Shown here one piece after another: positions 31,484 to 40,208 of a stretch of 64,000 nucleotides of DNA (positions within the stretch are counted from its first letter, which is position 1; every line of letters starts with the position of its first letter). Below the pieces are notes generated by a model. That model was not told the DNA's origin. It ran no database searches and saw nothing but the letters and a program-made list of their open reading frames with translations. This stretch comes from Planctomycetia bacterium (GTDB lineage: Bacteria > Planctomycetota > Planctomycetia > Pirellulales > PNKZ01). The DNA lies in contig JAIOPP010000084.1 of the NCBI GenBank assembly GCA_021413845.1, positions 69,890-133,889 of the forward strand, read 5' to 3'. Made by a program: the position numbers and the translations under genes.

Positions 31484-32536
31484 CTATTGAACATCGCTAC
31501 GGTAGATCGTTTCGTCCGCGTCGATGTCGCGGAGCAATCTGCGGCCGACAATCGTCTCTCGCTGCGTCCAGGCGATACCGTCGCCCGGCGATTTCAGCGT
31601 GAACATCGACTCTTCGAGCACGGTGCCGGCCGGAAGCGAGCGCACCGTCACGAGGCTGCGTCCGAGTTTGTTCCGCGTCGGTTCGACCTCGGCGATGGCC
31701 GGCTTTTCGGCACTCCCTAGGGCTAGCTCGATGCGGCGAATCTGTTCGATGAGCGTGCGCAGCTCTTCCGGTTCGGCCGAGCAAGCATGGTCGGTCCCTT
31801 TCAGCGTTCGATCGAGCGTCAGATGCTTTTCGATGATCGACGCACCGAGCGCCACTGCGGAAGTCGCGATGAGCGTGCCTGTCGTATGATCGGAGAAACC
31901 GACGACCGAGTCGTAGCGTCGACGCAGCGTTTCGATGCTGCGCAAATGTGCCTGATCGTCGGGCGTCGGATAGAGCGATGTGCATTGCAACACGGCCGTT
32001 GGGCAGCGTGCCTCGGCCGCCACGGTCATCGCGGCATCGATCTCCGACCACGACGACATGCCCGTGGAAAGGATGAGCGGCTTACCCAGCTCGGCGACGA
32101 ACCGCACGAGCGGCAGGTTATTCAAATCGCGCGAGGCGATCTTAAATGCGTCGACCTCGGCGTTCGCAAATTCCCGTGCGCTGGCAACGTCGCACACCGT
32201 GACGACGAAATGCATGCCATGCGATCGGGTTCGCGCCGCGAGCGCTAAGTGCGTCTCGACCGACAGTTCAAGCACGCTCCGATGTGCGCCGTAGGTGTCG
32301 CCGAACGAATGGGCCGAGTCGTAGCGCCGATTGCGTGACGCCTTCGTAAGCTCCGAGGGGAGGTGTCGTTTGACGAGTTTCACGGCGTCGGCACCGGCCC
32401 AGGCCGCGGCGTCGACGAGTTGTTCGGCTAATTCTCGGCTGCCGTTATGGTTCTGTCCGAGTTCGGCGACGACGAACGTCGGGCTTCCGGGCCCGATCGA
32501 GCGGCGCGCATTGATTCGAAGCGAATTGCCGTGCAT
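31484..32536 (-). CDS. NeuB-family nonulosonic/ulosonic acid synthase with C-terminal SAF domain
   Basis: FVVAELGQNHNGS..A..LVDAAAWAGADAVK; GFSDHT; C-terminal SAF-like SLVTVRSLPAGTVLEESMFTLKSPGDGI. ATG at 32534-32536 preceded by GGAAAGGA. Confidence 0.85.
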   Translation of the reverse strand: MHGNSLRINARRSIGPGSPTFVVAELGQNHNGSRELAEQLVDAAAWAGADAVKLVKRHLPSELTKASRNRRYDSAHSFGDTYGAHRSVLELSVETHLALAARTRSHGMHFVVTVCDVASAREFANAEVDAFKIASRDLNNLPLVRFVAELGKPLILSTGMSSWSEIDAAMTVAAEARCPTAVLQCTSLYPTPDDQAHLRSIETLRRRYDSVVGFSDHTTGTLIATSAVALGASIIEKHLTLDRTLKGTDHACSAEPEELRTLIEQIRRIELALGSAEKPAIAEVEPTRNKLGRSLVTVRSLPAGTVLEESMFTLKSPGDGIAWTQRETIVGRRLLRDIDADETIYRSDVQ

Positions 32537-32911
32537 GAGCGGAATCCTTTCCGCAAAGTGTTGTCCGAGCGAAATCATTTCACTCGGTTGCGAGACTGCT
32601 AGTTGCGCGACGATGTTCGAGGTCGTAGCGGGGCGGGAGTTTAGCGATGCCCGATTCGCGACGTCAAGATAAGACGTGTGATAAACAGGCGTTCTTAAAG
32701 CGATAGCGTGGCGCTCGCTCGGCTCAAGCCTAAGTTTGCTAGCGTCCGTTCGTTGCGATTCGCGCCCCTGTGCGGAACACACCTTGGCCCGACTGCAGAG
32801 CGACGATACAATCCCGCCCTCTTGCGTCGGGCATAGTAGCGGCCGAATCTGCCGATTCTGCGTCCGAGCATGGTTTGCAAATCATCGAAACGTCAGGCAT
32901 GGAGGCCGAAC

Positions 32912-33886
32912 GTGGACAGACTTCTCGTGACGCGCACCGACTCACTGGTCGGAGCCAACGCCGCGCTTGTTTTAGCGGATCGCATGGATGTGATCGGCTT
33001 AAGCAATCCGTCGTCGCAAGCACCGCTCGGCACCAATGTGCTCGACTACTCAAGCGACGATCCGGCGGCGATCGTTGCCTCGGTACGTCAAGAGCGCCCG
33101 CAAATGGTGCTGCATTCCGGTCCGTTCGCCGCTTCCGGTTGGGACGTCGGCGGTCTTGGGGCGGCGCAACTCGCGCCGCGCACCGATACGCGCCGCGAAA
33201 CCGCGACCGTTAAGGCGCTGGCCGAAGGTTGCCGAGAGGTCGGGGCGCAATTGGTCGTCGTGATTACCGATGGACTGTTTGCCGGTCCGCATATGTTCCA
33301 TAACGAAAGTGCTCGCCCGAACGCCGGTGGGGCTTTCGGTCGCGGCGCCGCGGCGGTCGAACTCGCGGCACTCGCAGCCGGCGCGCTGGTCGTGCGTAGT
33401 CATGTCTATGGCTGGAGCCCGACGTCGTACGGCGTGAATTATGCCGAACGGATGTTTCATGAACTGACCGGCGAGTTGTCGTGTCCCGTCGATGCGGTTC
33501 GCCATGCGACTCCCATTCTCGCGACCGACCTCGCGGAACGCTTATTCGTCGCTCATCGCCTCGGCCTGAAAGGTCTGTATCACATTACGGGCGCCGAGCG
33601 AACGAGCCCTTATCGCTTCGCCGCCGAGTTGACCGCCGCGCTCGGCGTGCCGGGCCGGTTCGTGCAGCTGACTTCCAAGCCGGAGCGGGGGACGCGCGTC
33701 AACGTCGAAGAGACGTCGCTGAATACGCTGCATTTCCGCCACGCCACGCGAGCGCCGCTGCCGATGCTACGCGAAGGGCTGAGCCGTTTTATCGCACAAG
33801 CCTTCGCCGGCTTTCGCGAACAACTGGGCTGCAAGGACAAGGCGAAGATCGTCGTCGGACGAGAACTGCTGTCCGTCGCCGCATGA
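32912..33886 (+). CDS. RmlD/NAD-dependent epimerase-like protein with degenerate cofactor and catalytic motifs
   Basis: SDR-like fold pattern (LLVTRTDSLVG..., LYHITGAERTSPYRFA). GTG at 32912 sits 6 nt after GGAGG. Confidence 0.55.
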   Translation: MDRLLVTRTDSLVGANAALVLADRMDVIGLSNPSSQAPLGTNVLDYSSDDPAAIVASVRQERPQMVLHSGPFAASGWDVGGLGAAQLAPRTDTRRETATVKALAEGCREVGAQLVVVITDGLFAGPHMFHNESARPNAGGAFGRGAAAVELAALAAGALVVRSHVYGWSPTSYGVNYAERMFHELTGELSCPVDAVRHATPILATDLAERLFVAHRLGLKGLYHITGAERTSPYRFAAELTAALGVPGRFVQLTSKPERGTRVNVEETSLNTLHFRHATRAPLPMLREGLSRFIAQAFAGFREQLGCKDKAKIVVGRELLSVAA

Positions 33887-33907
33887 CGGCGTGCCGAATG
33901 GTAAATA

Positions 33908-33950
33908 GGGGAACGCTCTACATCGAGAACGTAGTGCGTTCCCCTTTTAT
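33908..33950. terminator. Intrinsic terminator between convergent genes
   Basis: GGGGAACGC (33908-33916) / GCGTTCCCC (33936-33944) stem, extended by TCTAC/GTAG, then TTTTATATTTT. The stop codon of the minus-strand HAD gene (33947-33949) lies in the T-tract. Confidence 0.6.
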
Positions 33951-34648
33951 ATTTTAAGAAGCTCGTAAATTCGCGGGTCTGCCAACGTTTCCGCTTCGAA
34001 CGCGGCTCCTGGGAAACTGTGCGTTCGGCTATGGCCCGACGGCACTGCGACCGCGATCGCTCCGGCAGCCACCGCCGCACGGCAGCCGTTTTGGCTGTCT
34101 TCGAGCACCATGATTTCGTCGGAGCGCAGGCCGAAACGCTTCGCAGCCGTAAGATAAATCTCCGGGTTCGGTTTCCCTTCGACGACGTCTTCGGCCGACA
34201 AGATGAACTGAAACCTCGGTTCCAATTGGAATCGCGCAAGGCAGCCGACCACGAAACTGCGCCGACTGCTCGTCGCGATCGCTTTCGGAATGCCGGCCTT
34301 TTCGAGCGCGGCCGCAAGTTCCATAAAACCGGGCATCGTTTCCAAGCGAGCGTCGAGAATCGCCGGAAAAATTTCGTCGGTCTCGGCGGTAAGTTGATCG
34401 ACGGTTGCCTCAAGATGATGCATGTCGATCATGATCTGTAGTGCGATCCGGCCAGGTCGCCCCATCATTCGGTCGAGCAATTCCGGCGTAAATGCACAGC
34501 CGCGCCGGCGAAGCAACTCGCCGCCGACATCTTGGTAGAGGTCTTCCGTATTGAAGATCAAGCCGTCGTGGTCGAACACGACAGCCTTTGGTCGACCGCT
34601 TCGGCCGAGCTTCTCAAAACCATTCGTCGGATTCATCATGCCGTGCAT
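33947..34648 (-). CDS. HAD hydrolase, beta-phosphoglucomutase/CbbY-like subfamily
   Basis: AVVFDHDGLIFNTE (DxD), ATSS, LEDSQNG. An alternative ATG at 34637-34639 forms ATGA with the upstream stop. Confidence 0.8.
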   Translation of the reverse strand: MHGMMNPTNGFEKLGRSGRPKAVVFDHDGLIFNTEDLYQDVGGELLRRRGCAFTPELLDRMMGRPGRIALQIMIDMHHLEATVDQLTAETDEIFPAILDARLETMPGFMELAAALEKAGIPKAIATSSRRSFVVGCLARFQLEPRFQFILSAEDVVEGKPNPEIYLTAAKRFGLRSDEIMVLEDSQNGCRAAVAAGAIAVAVPSGHSRTHSFPGAAFEAETLADPRIYELLKI

Positions 34649-35316
34649 TCCTTAGAATCGTGTTTTGAATCATCGACGTTTGCGTCGTCGTGGACCGCGA
34701 GAAATTCGCTGAGAATCATTGCCGTCGCGCCCCAGATTCTTTCGACTTGCGAGTCCAGTCGCCAGTCGAAGTGAGGAACCGCTTGCCTGATTCCTCGCAC
34801 GACCCGCGGATGTGTTCCACGATTCGCGGGATCCGTTATGTACGCGATCGGCACTTCAAACAGTTCGCCCACCTCGGCGACGTTCGGCAAGAATGCCGGT
34901 CGATGATCGCATCCCGCGACCCAGGGGATTACATAAAAATGGGTACCGAAGATATACAATGGTGATAAGTTGCCGAGCACTTCCACACTGCTTTGCGGAA
35001 CGTTCAACTCTTCCTCCAACTCACGCAACGCCGCACTCTTCGTGGTTTCATCCGCCTCGACATAGCCCCCCGGCAAGCTCACTTGGCCGGGATGCGCGGG
35101 AAGATCGTCGCGGCGTTTCGTAAGCGCGAGATGCCATGCGCCGTCGTGCGGATAAACTAAGATCAAAACGGCGGCCCGGCGCGCGTCGTGCGGCGGCGGG
35201 CCGAAGTGGCGACCATAGGCCAACTCCGGCTCGAACAGCGCTTGTGCTGAGCGTCCGGGCAACGGTCTCTCCAAGCGGCTGCGCAAGCGCTCGAGGTAGT
35301 CGCTGGAGGGCGTCAT
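34636..35316 (-). CDS. NUDIX hydrolase, CoA pyrophosphatase-like
   Basis: LALTKRRDDLPAHPGQVSLPGG upstream signature plus Nudix box GGYVEADETTKSAALRELEEELN. ATGA overlap with the upstream gene at 35313-35316. Confidence 0.8.
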   Translation of the reverse strand: MTPSSDYLERLRSRLERPLPGRSAQALFEPELAYGRHFGPPPHDARRAAVLILVYPHDGAWHLALTKRRDDLPAHPGQVSLPGGYVEADETTKSAALRELEEELNVPQSSVEVLGNLSPLYIFGTHFYVIPWVAGCDHRPAFLPNVAEVGELFEVPIAYITDPANRGTHPRVVRGIRQAVPHFDWRLDSQVERIWGATAMILSEFLAVHDDANVDDSKHDSKECTA

Positions 35317-36917
35317 GGCCCGTCCCCTCGCGGTTCGACCGCGTAGACGACATAGACATCGTTGCGATATACGACCGGGAGCGCAAGCGGCGGCTCCGCA
35401 TACGTGACGACATGCGTGATGCCGTACTTACGACAGACACGAAGCATTTGGTCGTGGGGTATATAGTTCACCCAGCGCTCGTTAGGGCCGTAGAGTTCCT
35501 GAAGCCTGCGTTCCCATTCGAGAAGCGAGCGAGCATCTTGCGGGATGTCTTTCCAGGTCACGAACTCCGCCCGCTCGGCGTGCCATTTGAATGTCGTATA
35601 GGCGCGCGGGGCGAGCACGAGCGCGTCGCGCGGAGTCGTTTGCCGAATCCAACGACAAACGTCGAGCCAGCGTTCGAGTGTCGGGGCATCTACGACAGCT
35701 TCCCCCCGCGGAAGCCCGTCGGCTGCGCTCCGTTCTCGCCAAATGCTCGCGAAATGGAGGCCACCGCAGAGTAACAGCAGCCCGATAGCGACTTTGCGAA
35801 GCACAGGCCTACCGGACTGCTGTGCCGCCACGGCCGCTAGTTCGAGAACCACGGAGACTGCCGTCACGACGTCGGACAAGCGAAACCAATAGAACTTCAA
35901 TAACGCCGCAGCCCAAGAAGTCGGCTCCGGCGAGGCATAGGAAATCGCCAAGCCGCCAAGCGATGCGGTGATCGAGGCAAGCGTGAACCAGCGCAGCCGA
36001 CGCCGCGGACCATCGGCCGGCACGATGCAACAGAGCAGCCCCCACGCACCGCACAGGGCGAAATGGCGCAGCCCGAACTTCGCGAAGAACGCACCTGCCC
36101 AGAGGTGATGCGCTAAGCGATCGAAGACGTAAATGCGATTCGCGATCGCGACGGATTCCGAGTCGACGCCGCGCGAGAGCGCCAGCCCCGGCACGATGCC
36201 GGCCAGAGCGATCAACCCGCCGACACAAAGCCCGGGCACGATCTGCTTCAGTGCTGGCCGCGACCGTCGATCTCCAAGCCATACGAAGCCGGCCGCGAGA
36301 ACCGACCAGCCGCCGACGAGCACATGAAATGCGGACCCGATGCCGAACGCAATGAACGCTTGGTTCCAACGACAGAGCACCAGATCGGCCAAGCCCCAGA
36401 AGACGCACGCATACGCGACTCCCTTGGCTTCACAACCGCCGACGAACCATTCGCCCGACATCTGAAAATGGGCATTGAGTGAAAGGGCTGCCACTGCGGT
36501 GATCGCCGCCGAGCCAAAGCCGGTGACGAAGACTTGGCTCAACCGCCGCCAAGCGCAGGCCGTTAGGAACCAAATGGCGATGCGTCCGCACCAGGCGGCA
36601 CGATCGAAGCTCAGAACCGTCGTCAACCAACCGAATGTCCGGTAGAAGACGACATGCGAATCGGACGACGACAAAAAGAAATCGTGTTCGATCCAGCGAG
36701 GCTCCCAAAAATGTTTCGCTTTCGTCAGATAGTGCGCTTCGTTCGTGTCCGGTGTCGGGCGGCCGGCGATGAGAAAAAAAACCGCGAACACCAGCAGCAC
36801 ATCCAGAACCGCCTTGAAACGGCTGCGCGTCGACATGCGGAACGTAGCGTCGGCGGTTTCGTACCGGCCGGCGACCGGCGTATCGAGCGCGACATTGAGT
36901 GGATGCTGTGCCGACAA
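35313..36917 (-). CDS. Polytopic membrane protein (GT-C-like, function unknown)
   Basis: Many TM helices, the EAHYLTKAKHFWEPRW periplasmic-loop motif, and a soluble C-terminal domain. Start is TTG at 36917 or ATG at 36836. Confidence 0.5.
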   Translation of the reverse strand: MSAQHPLNVALDTPVAGRYETADATFRMSTRSRFKAVLDVLLVFAVFFLIAGRPTPDTNEAHYLTKAKHFWEPRWIEHDFFLSSSDSHVVFYRTFGWLTTVLSFDRAAWCGRIAIWFLTACAWRRLSQVFVTGFGSAAITAVAALSLNAHFQMSGEWFVGGCEAKGVAYACVFWGLADLVLCRWNQAFIAFGIGSAFHVLVGGWSVLAAGFVWLGDRRSRPALKQIVPGLCVGGLIALAGIVPGLALSRGVDSESVAIANRIYVFDRLAHHLWAGAFFAKFGLRHFALCGAWGLLCCIVPADGPRRRLRWFTLASITASLGGLAISYASPEPTSWAAALLKFYWFRLSDVVTAVSVVLELAAVAAQQSGRPVLRKVAIGLLLLCGGLHFASIWRERSAADGLPRGEAVVDAPTLERWLDVCRWIRQTTPRDALVLAPRAYTTFKWHAERAEFVTWKDIPQDARSLLEWERRLQELYGPNERWVNYIPHDQMLRVCRKYGITHVVTYAEPPLALPVVYRNDVYVVYAVEPRGDGP

Positions 36918-37102
36918 ACTTGTCCGCCTATCGGAGCGAATCGTTCGGGAAACGTGTCATTATGCCGGCAAGCGACGTCGAATAGAACCACTTGATCGAC
37001 CTGCACGCGAAACATCTCCGGCCTACGTGTTGCTCAAACGGTGCGCTACGTCCTATATTTCCTACGGTGGATCGTTTCTTACATCAGCTTTGAGTCGTCG
37101 CT

Positions 37103-37993
37103 ATGTCTAATGCAGAATCACCGGGTGAGCGTCTTCGTGCGGCTGTTCGAGGCGATACGTTGCTGGTGCCCGGCGCTTTCAACGCGTTGACGGCACGGCT
37201 CATCGAGGCGACCGGTTTTCAAGCCGCATACCTTTCCGGGGCGGCATTCTCTGCCGGAGCATTGGCACTCCCGGATATCGGGCTCTTCACGCTCAGCGAA
37301 CTTGCCGAAGAGACACGACGGCTAAGCCATGCCGCACCCCGATTGGCGTGGATCGTCGATGCCGATACCGGATTCGGCGAAGCGGTTAATGTGGAGCGGA
37401 CGGTCGGCGAACTTGAAGCGGCCGGCGCGGCGGCGATTCAACTCGAAGATCAACGCTTGCCGAAACGCTGCGGCCACCTGTCGGGCAAGTCGCTCGTCGA
37501 CACGGCCGAGATGTGTGCGAAGTTGCGCGCAGCCGCTGCGGCGCGTCGCGATAAACAAACCATTATCTTGGCTCGCACCGATGCCCGCGGGGTCGAAGGT
37601 TTCGAGGCTGCGGTCGAGCGGGCGAAGCGGTATCTCGAAGCCGGCGCGGATTGGATCTTTCCCGAGGCGTTGGAAACGCCGGATGAATTCTCGCGGTTTG
37701 GCGCCGCCGTAAAGGTGCCGCTCGTGGCGAACATGACGGAGTTCGGCCGGAGCCCGTTGCTGACGCAAGCGGAACTCACCCAGCTTGGCTATGCGGCGGC
37801 TCTGATGCCCGTGACGACTTTACGAATCGCGATGCGCGCGGTTGAGCAAGCACTGACGACGATGTATGCCGAAGGAACTCAGAAGTCGCTTGTGGGGAAG
37901 ATGCAAACCCGGCAGGAACTTTACGAACTGCTCGGCTATTCCGATTTCGAGGCTCGCGACCAAAGCTACTTCCAAGGAGATGGACGGAAATGA
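37103..37993 (+). CDS. prpB: 2-methylisocitrate lyase
   Basis: VPGAFNALTARLIE, DADTGFG, EDQRLPKRCGHLSGK, ILARTDA. Confidence 0.9.
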   Translation: MSNAESPGERLRAAVRGDTLLVPGAFNALTARLIEATGFQAAYLSGAAFSAGALALPDIGLFTLSELAEETRRLSHAAPRLAWIVDADTGFGEAVNVERTVGELEAAGAAAIQLEDQRLPKRCGHLSGKSLVDTAEMCAKLRAAAAARRDKQTIILARTDARGVEGFEAAVERAKRYLEAGADWIFPEALETPDEFSRFGAAVKVPLVANMTEFGRSPLLTQAELTQLGYAAALMPVTTLRIAMRAVEQALTTMYAEGTQKSLVGKMQTRQELYELLGYSDFEARDQSYFQGDGRK

Positions 37994-39114
37994 AAGCTGC
38001 CACCGGCGGTAATGCGGGAGGTTTGGAAGGAATCGTCGCAGGGCAAACGGCGGTCTGCACTCTGGCAGGCCGGATGCTTTATCGCGGCTATCCGATCGAG
38101 GAACTCGCAGCCGAGTCGACGTTCGAGGAAGTCGCCTATCTGCTGTTATACGGCGAGTTGCCTTCGTCCACGGCCTTAGCCGAGTTTCGGATTCGCATCG
38201 GCGCGGAGATGACGTTGCCGCCGGCGATCGTCGACACGCTCCGCTCCATTCCGGCAGCGACGCCAGGCATGGATGTCATGCGCACCGGTTGCAGCATGCT
38301 CGCGCATTTCGATGCGGAGACGGCCGACGATACCCGCCCGGCGAACTTGCGCAAAGCGGAACGGTTGCTCGCGAAGTTGCCGTTGATCATGGCGACGAAA
38401 TATCGGCTCGATGCCGGACTAAAGCCGCTCGCCGCGGAGCCGGACCGCTCGATCGCGGAAAACATTTTGCGCCAGATCACCGACCGTAAGCCGGAACCTC
38501 GGGCCGTGCAGGCGCTCGACACTTCGCTCATTCTCTACGCCGAACACGAATTCAATGCCTCCACTTTCACGGCTCGTTGCGTGGCTTCGACCCTCGCCGA
38601 TCTACACTCGGCGGTCACCGCGGCGATCGGCGCGTTGAAGGGGCCGTTGCATGGGGGTGCGAACGAGCGTGTGCTTGAAGTGCTGCGACAAGTCGGCGCC
38701 CCGGCGAACGCGGAGCCGTGGATTCGCCAAGCTTTGGCGAACAAGGTTCGCATCATGGGCTTCGGGCATCGCGTTTATAAACACGGTGACCCTCGCACCG
38801 TGATCATTACGCCGCTCTGCGCCGAACTGGCGCAACTGACCGGTAACGAAGCGATGGAGCAAACCGCAGCGACGATCGAGCGGATCATCGTCGCCGATAA
38901 AAGTCTGCCGGCAAACGTCGATTGGCCGAGTGCGCGGCTGTATCACTACCTGGGCCTACCCGTGTCGCTCTATACGCCGCTCTTCGTCTGCGCGCGTGTT
39001 TCCGGCTGGTCGGCTCACGTGATGGAGCAGTTAGAGAACAACCGGCTCATTCGCCCGGCGGCGGAATACATCGGGCCCGAGCAGCGGAAGTTCGTACCGA
39101 TCACAAAGCGCTAA
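37990..39114 (+). CDS. prpC: 2-methylcitrate synthase / citrate synthase family
   Basis: GLEGIVAGQTAV, YRGYPIEEL, HAEHEFNAST, GPLHGGANE, MGFGHRVYK..DPR. ATGA overlap with prpB. Confidence 0.9.
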   Translation: MKAATGGNAGGLEGIVAGQTAVCTLAGRMLYRGYPIEELAAESTFEEVAYLLLYGELPSSTALAEFRIRIGAEMTLPPAIVDTLRSIPAATPGMDVMRTGCSMLAHFDAETADDTRPANLRKAERLLAKLPLIMATKYRLDAGLKPLAAEPDRSIAENILRQITDRKPEPRAVQALDTSLILYAEHEFNASTFTARCVASTLADLHSAVTAAIGALKGPLHGGANERVLEVLRQVGAPANAEPWIRQALANKVRIMGFGHRVYKHGDPRTVIITPLCAELAQLTGNEAMEQTAATIERIIVADKSLPANVDWPSARLYHYLGLPVSLYTPLFVCARVSGWSAHVMEQLENNRLIRPAAEYIGPEQRKFVPITKR

Positions 39115-40076
39115 CGGCGCACGATCGCGTGACCGGCCCGCGTGACGCACCAGCCGCCGGCAAAAGCGACGAGCGTTCCCAAGATCGCGATCGCTACGGC
39201 AGCGACGGCACTCGTCGCACCTAGCGAAGCCGGGAGTTCGTAGTCGGTTAGCGGAGCATTCCAAAAAGAACTTCCTGTCGAGAAGTTTCCACCCACGAGC
39301 GCCACTTCTAAACCATCCGGAGAAGCGCTCGCCAGGGGAGCCAAAAACGCGGCGATCGCTAAGGCCGCGATGAGCCCGAGGAGTGCTCCCTTAGTACGGG
39401 CCTGAATTGTAGGGGCTTGAGTCGCCGAGTCGGCTCCGTTTGCGAAGCTTTTCGTTTGATAGCTCGCGACGATGGCGATCACGCCTGCCGTCATCAAGCC
39501 TTCGACTGCTCCGATCGCTAAGTGATACGTCAGCATCGGGCGAATAATCGCCCCGGCCTCTGCACCGCCGCTCGCCAGTAATTCCTGCGAGCAAACACCG
39601 GCAGCCGCGACGACGCTGATGAATCCTGCTAGCGCAGCGGTCGGAATGCCGACCGTTCCGTTTTTCGCAATCGCTCGTCGCACGCCCCACGCGGCCCAGA
39701 CGCCGACGATCGCCATGTTCAGCACATTCGCGCCGAGGGCCGATAGACCACCGTCGCCGAAGACGAGGCATTGCACCACGAGGACGACGATCATGACCCC
39801 CATCGCGGCCCAAGGGCCGAGCAACAAGGCGGCGATGGCGCCTCCGAGTAAATGGCCGCTTACCCCTTCGCCGGTCCCGTTAAAGGGCAGCGTATAGTTC
39901 ACCATCTGTCCGGCGAAGACCAGCGCTGCGACTGCCGCAACCAACCCGGCATGTTGCGCGGCTCGGTTGTCGGTCGACCGCCTCATGTGCCATGCGCCGA
40001 GCAATGCCGTTCCCGCCGCGGCGATGGCCGTAGCAAGCGTCACAGTCGGGCTCAAAATATGATCGGGCATGTGCAT
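39111..40076 (-). CDS. cbiM: ECF-type Co/Ni transporter component CbiM/NikM fused to a C-terminal PDGLE domain
   Basis: N-terminal MHMPDHILS (Met-His N-terminus typical of CbiM), 6-7 TM helices, and C-terminal SASPDGLE motif. Confidence 0.75.
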   Translation of the reverse strand: MHMPDHILSPTVTLATAIAAAGTALLGAWHMRRSTDNRAAQHAGLVAAVAALVFAGQMVNYTLPFNGTGEGVSGHLLGGAIAALLLGPWAAMGVMIVVLVVQCLVFGDGGLSALGANVLNMAIVGVWAAWGVRRAIAKNGTVGIPTAALAGFISVVAAAGVCSQELLASGGAEAGAIIRPMLTYHLAIGAVEGLMTAGVIAIVASYQTKSFANGADSATQAPTIQARTKGALLGLIAALAIAAFLAPLASASPDGLEVALVGGNFSTGSSFWNAPLTDYELPASLGATSAVAAVAIAILGTLVAFAGGWCVTRAGHAIVRR

Positions 40077-40208
40077 GGCGACGAGCATCGAGAGATTCCT
40101 CATTCGAGCGCAGAATTCCGTGGATCGACTCTTCAAGCGTAAAGCAAAAGCGAACTGTTGTAAATCGAGGCTTCGGCCGTTCGTGCGAAGCTCCGCTTTA
40201 CACGCGAC

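Noticed and set aside
40077-40208. Cobalamin or NiCo riboswitch upstream of cbiM.
   Set aside because: The region is only ~130 nt and has no B12-box-like or conserved riboswitch core. The one imperfect hairpin (GAGGCTTCG...CGAAGCTC) is better explained as the terminator of the upstream OCD-family gene.
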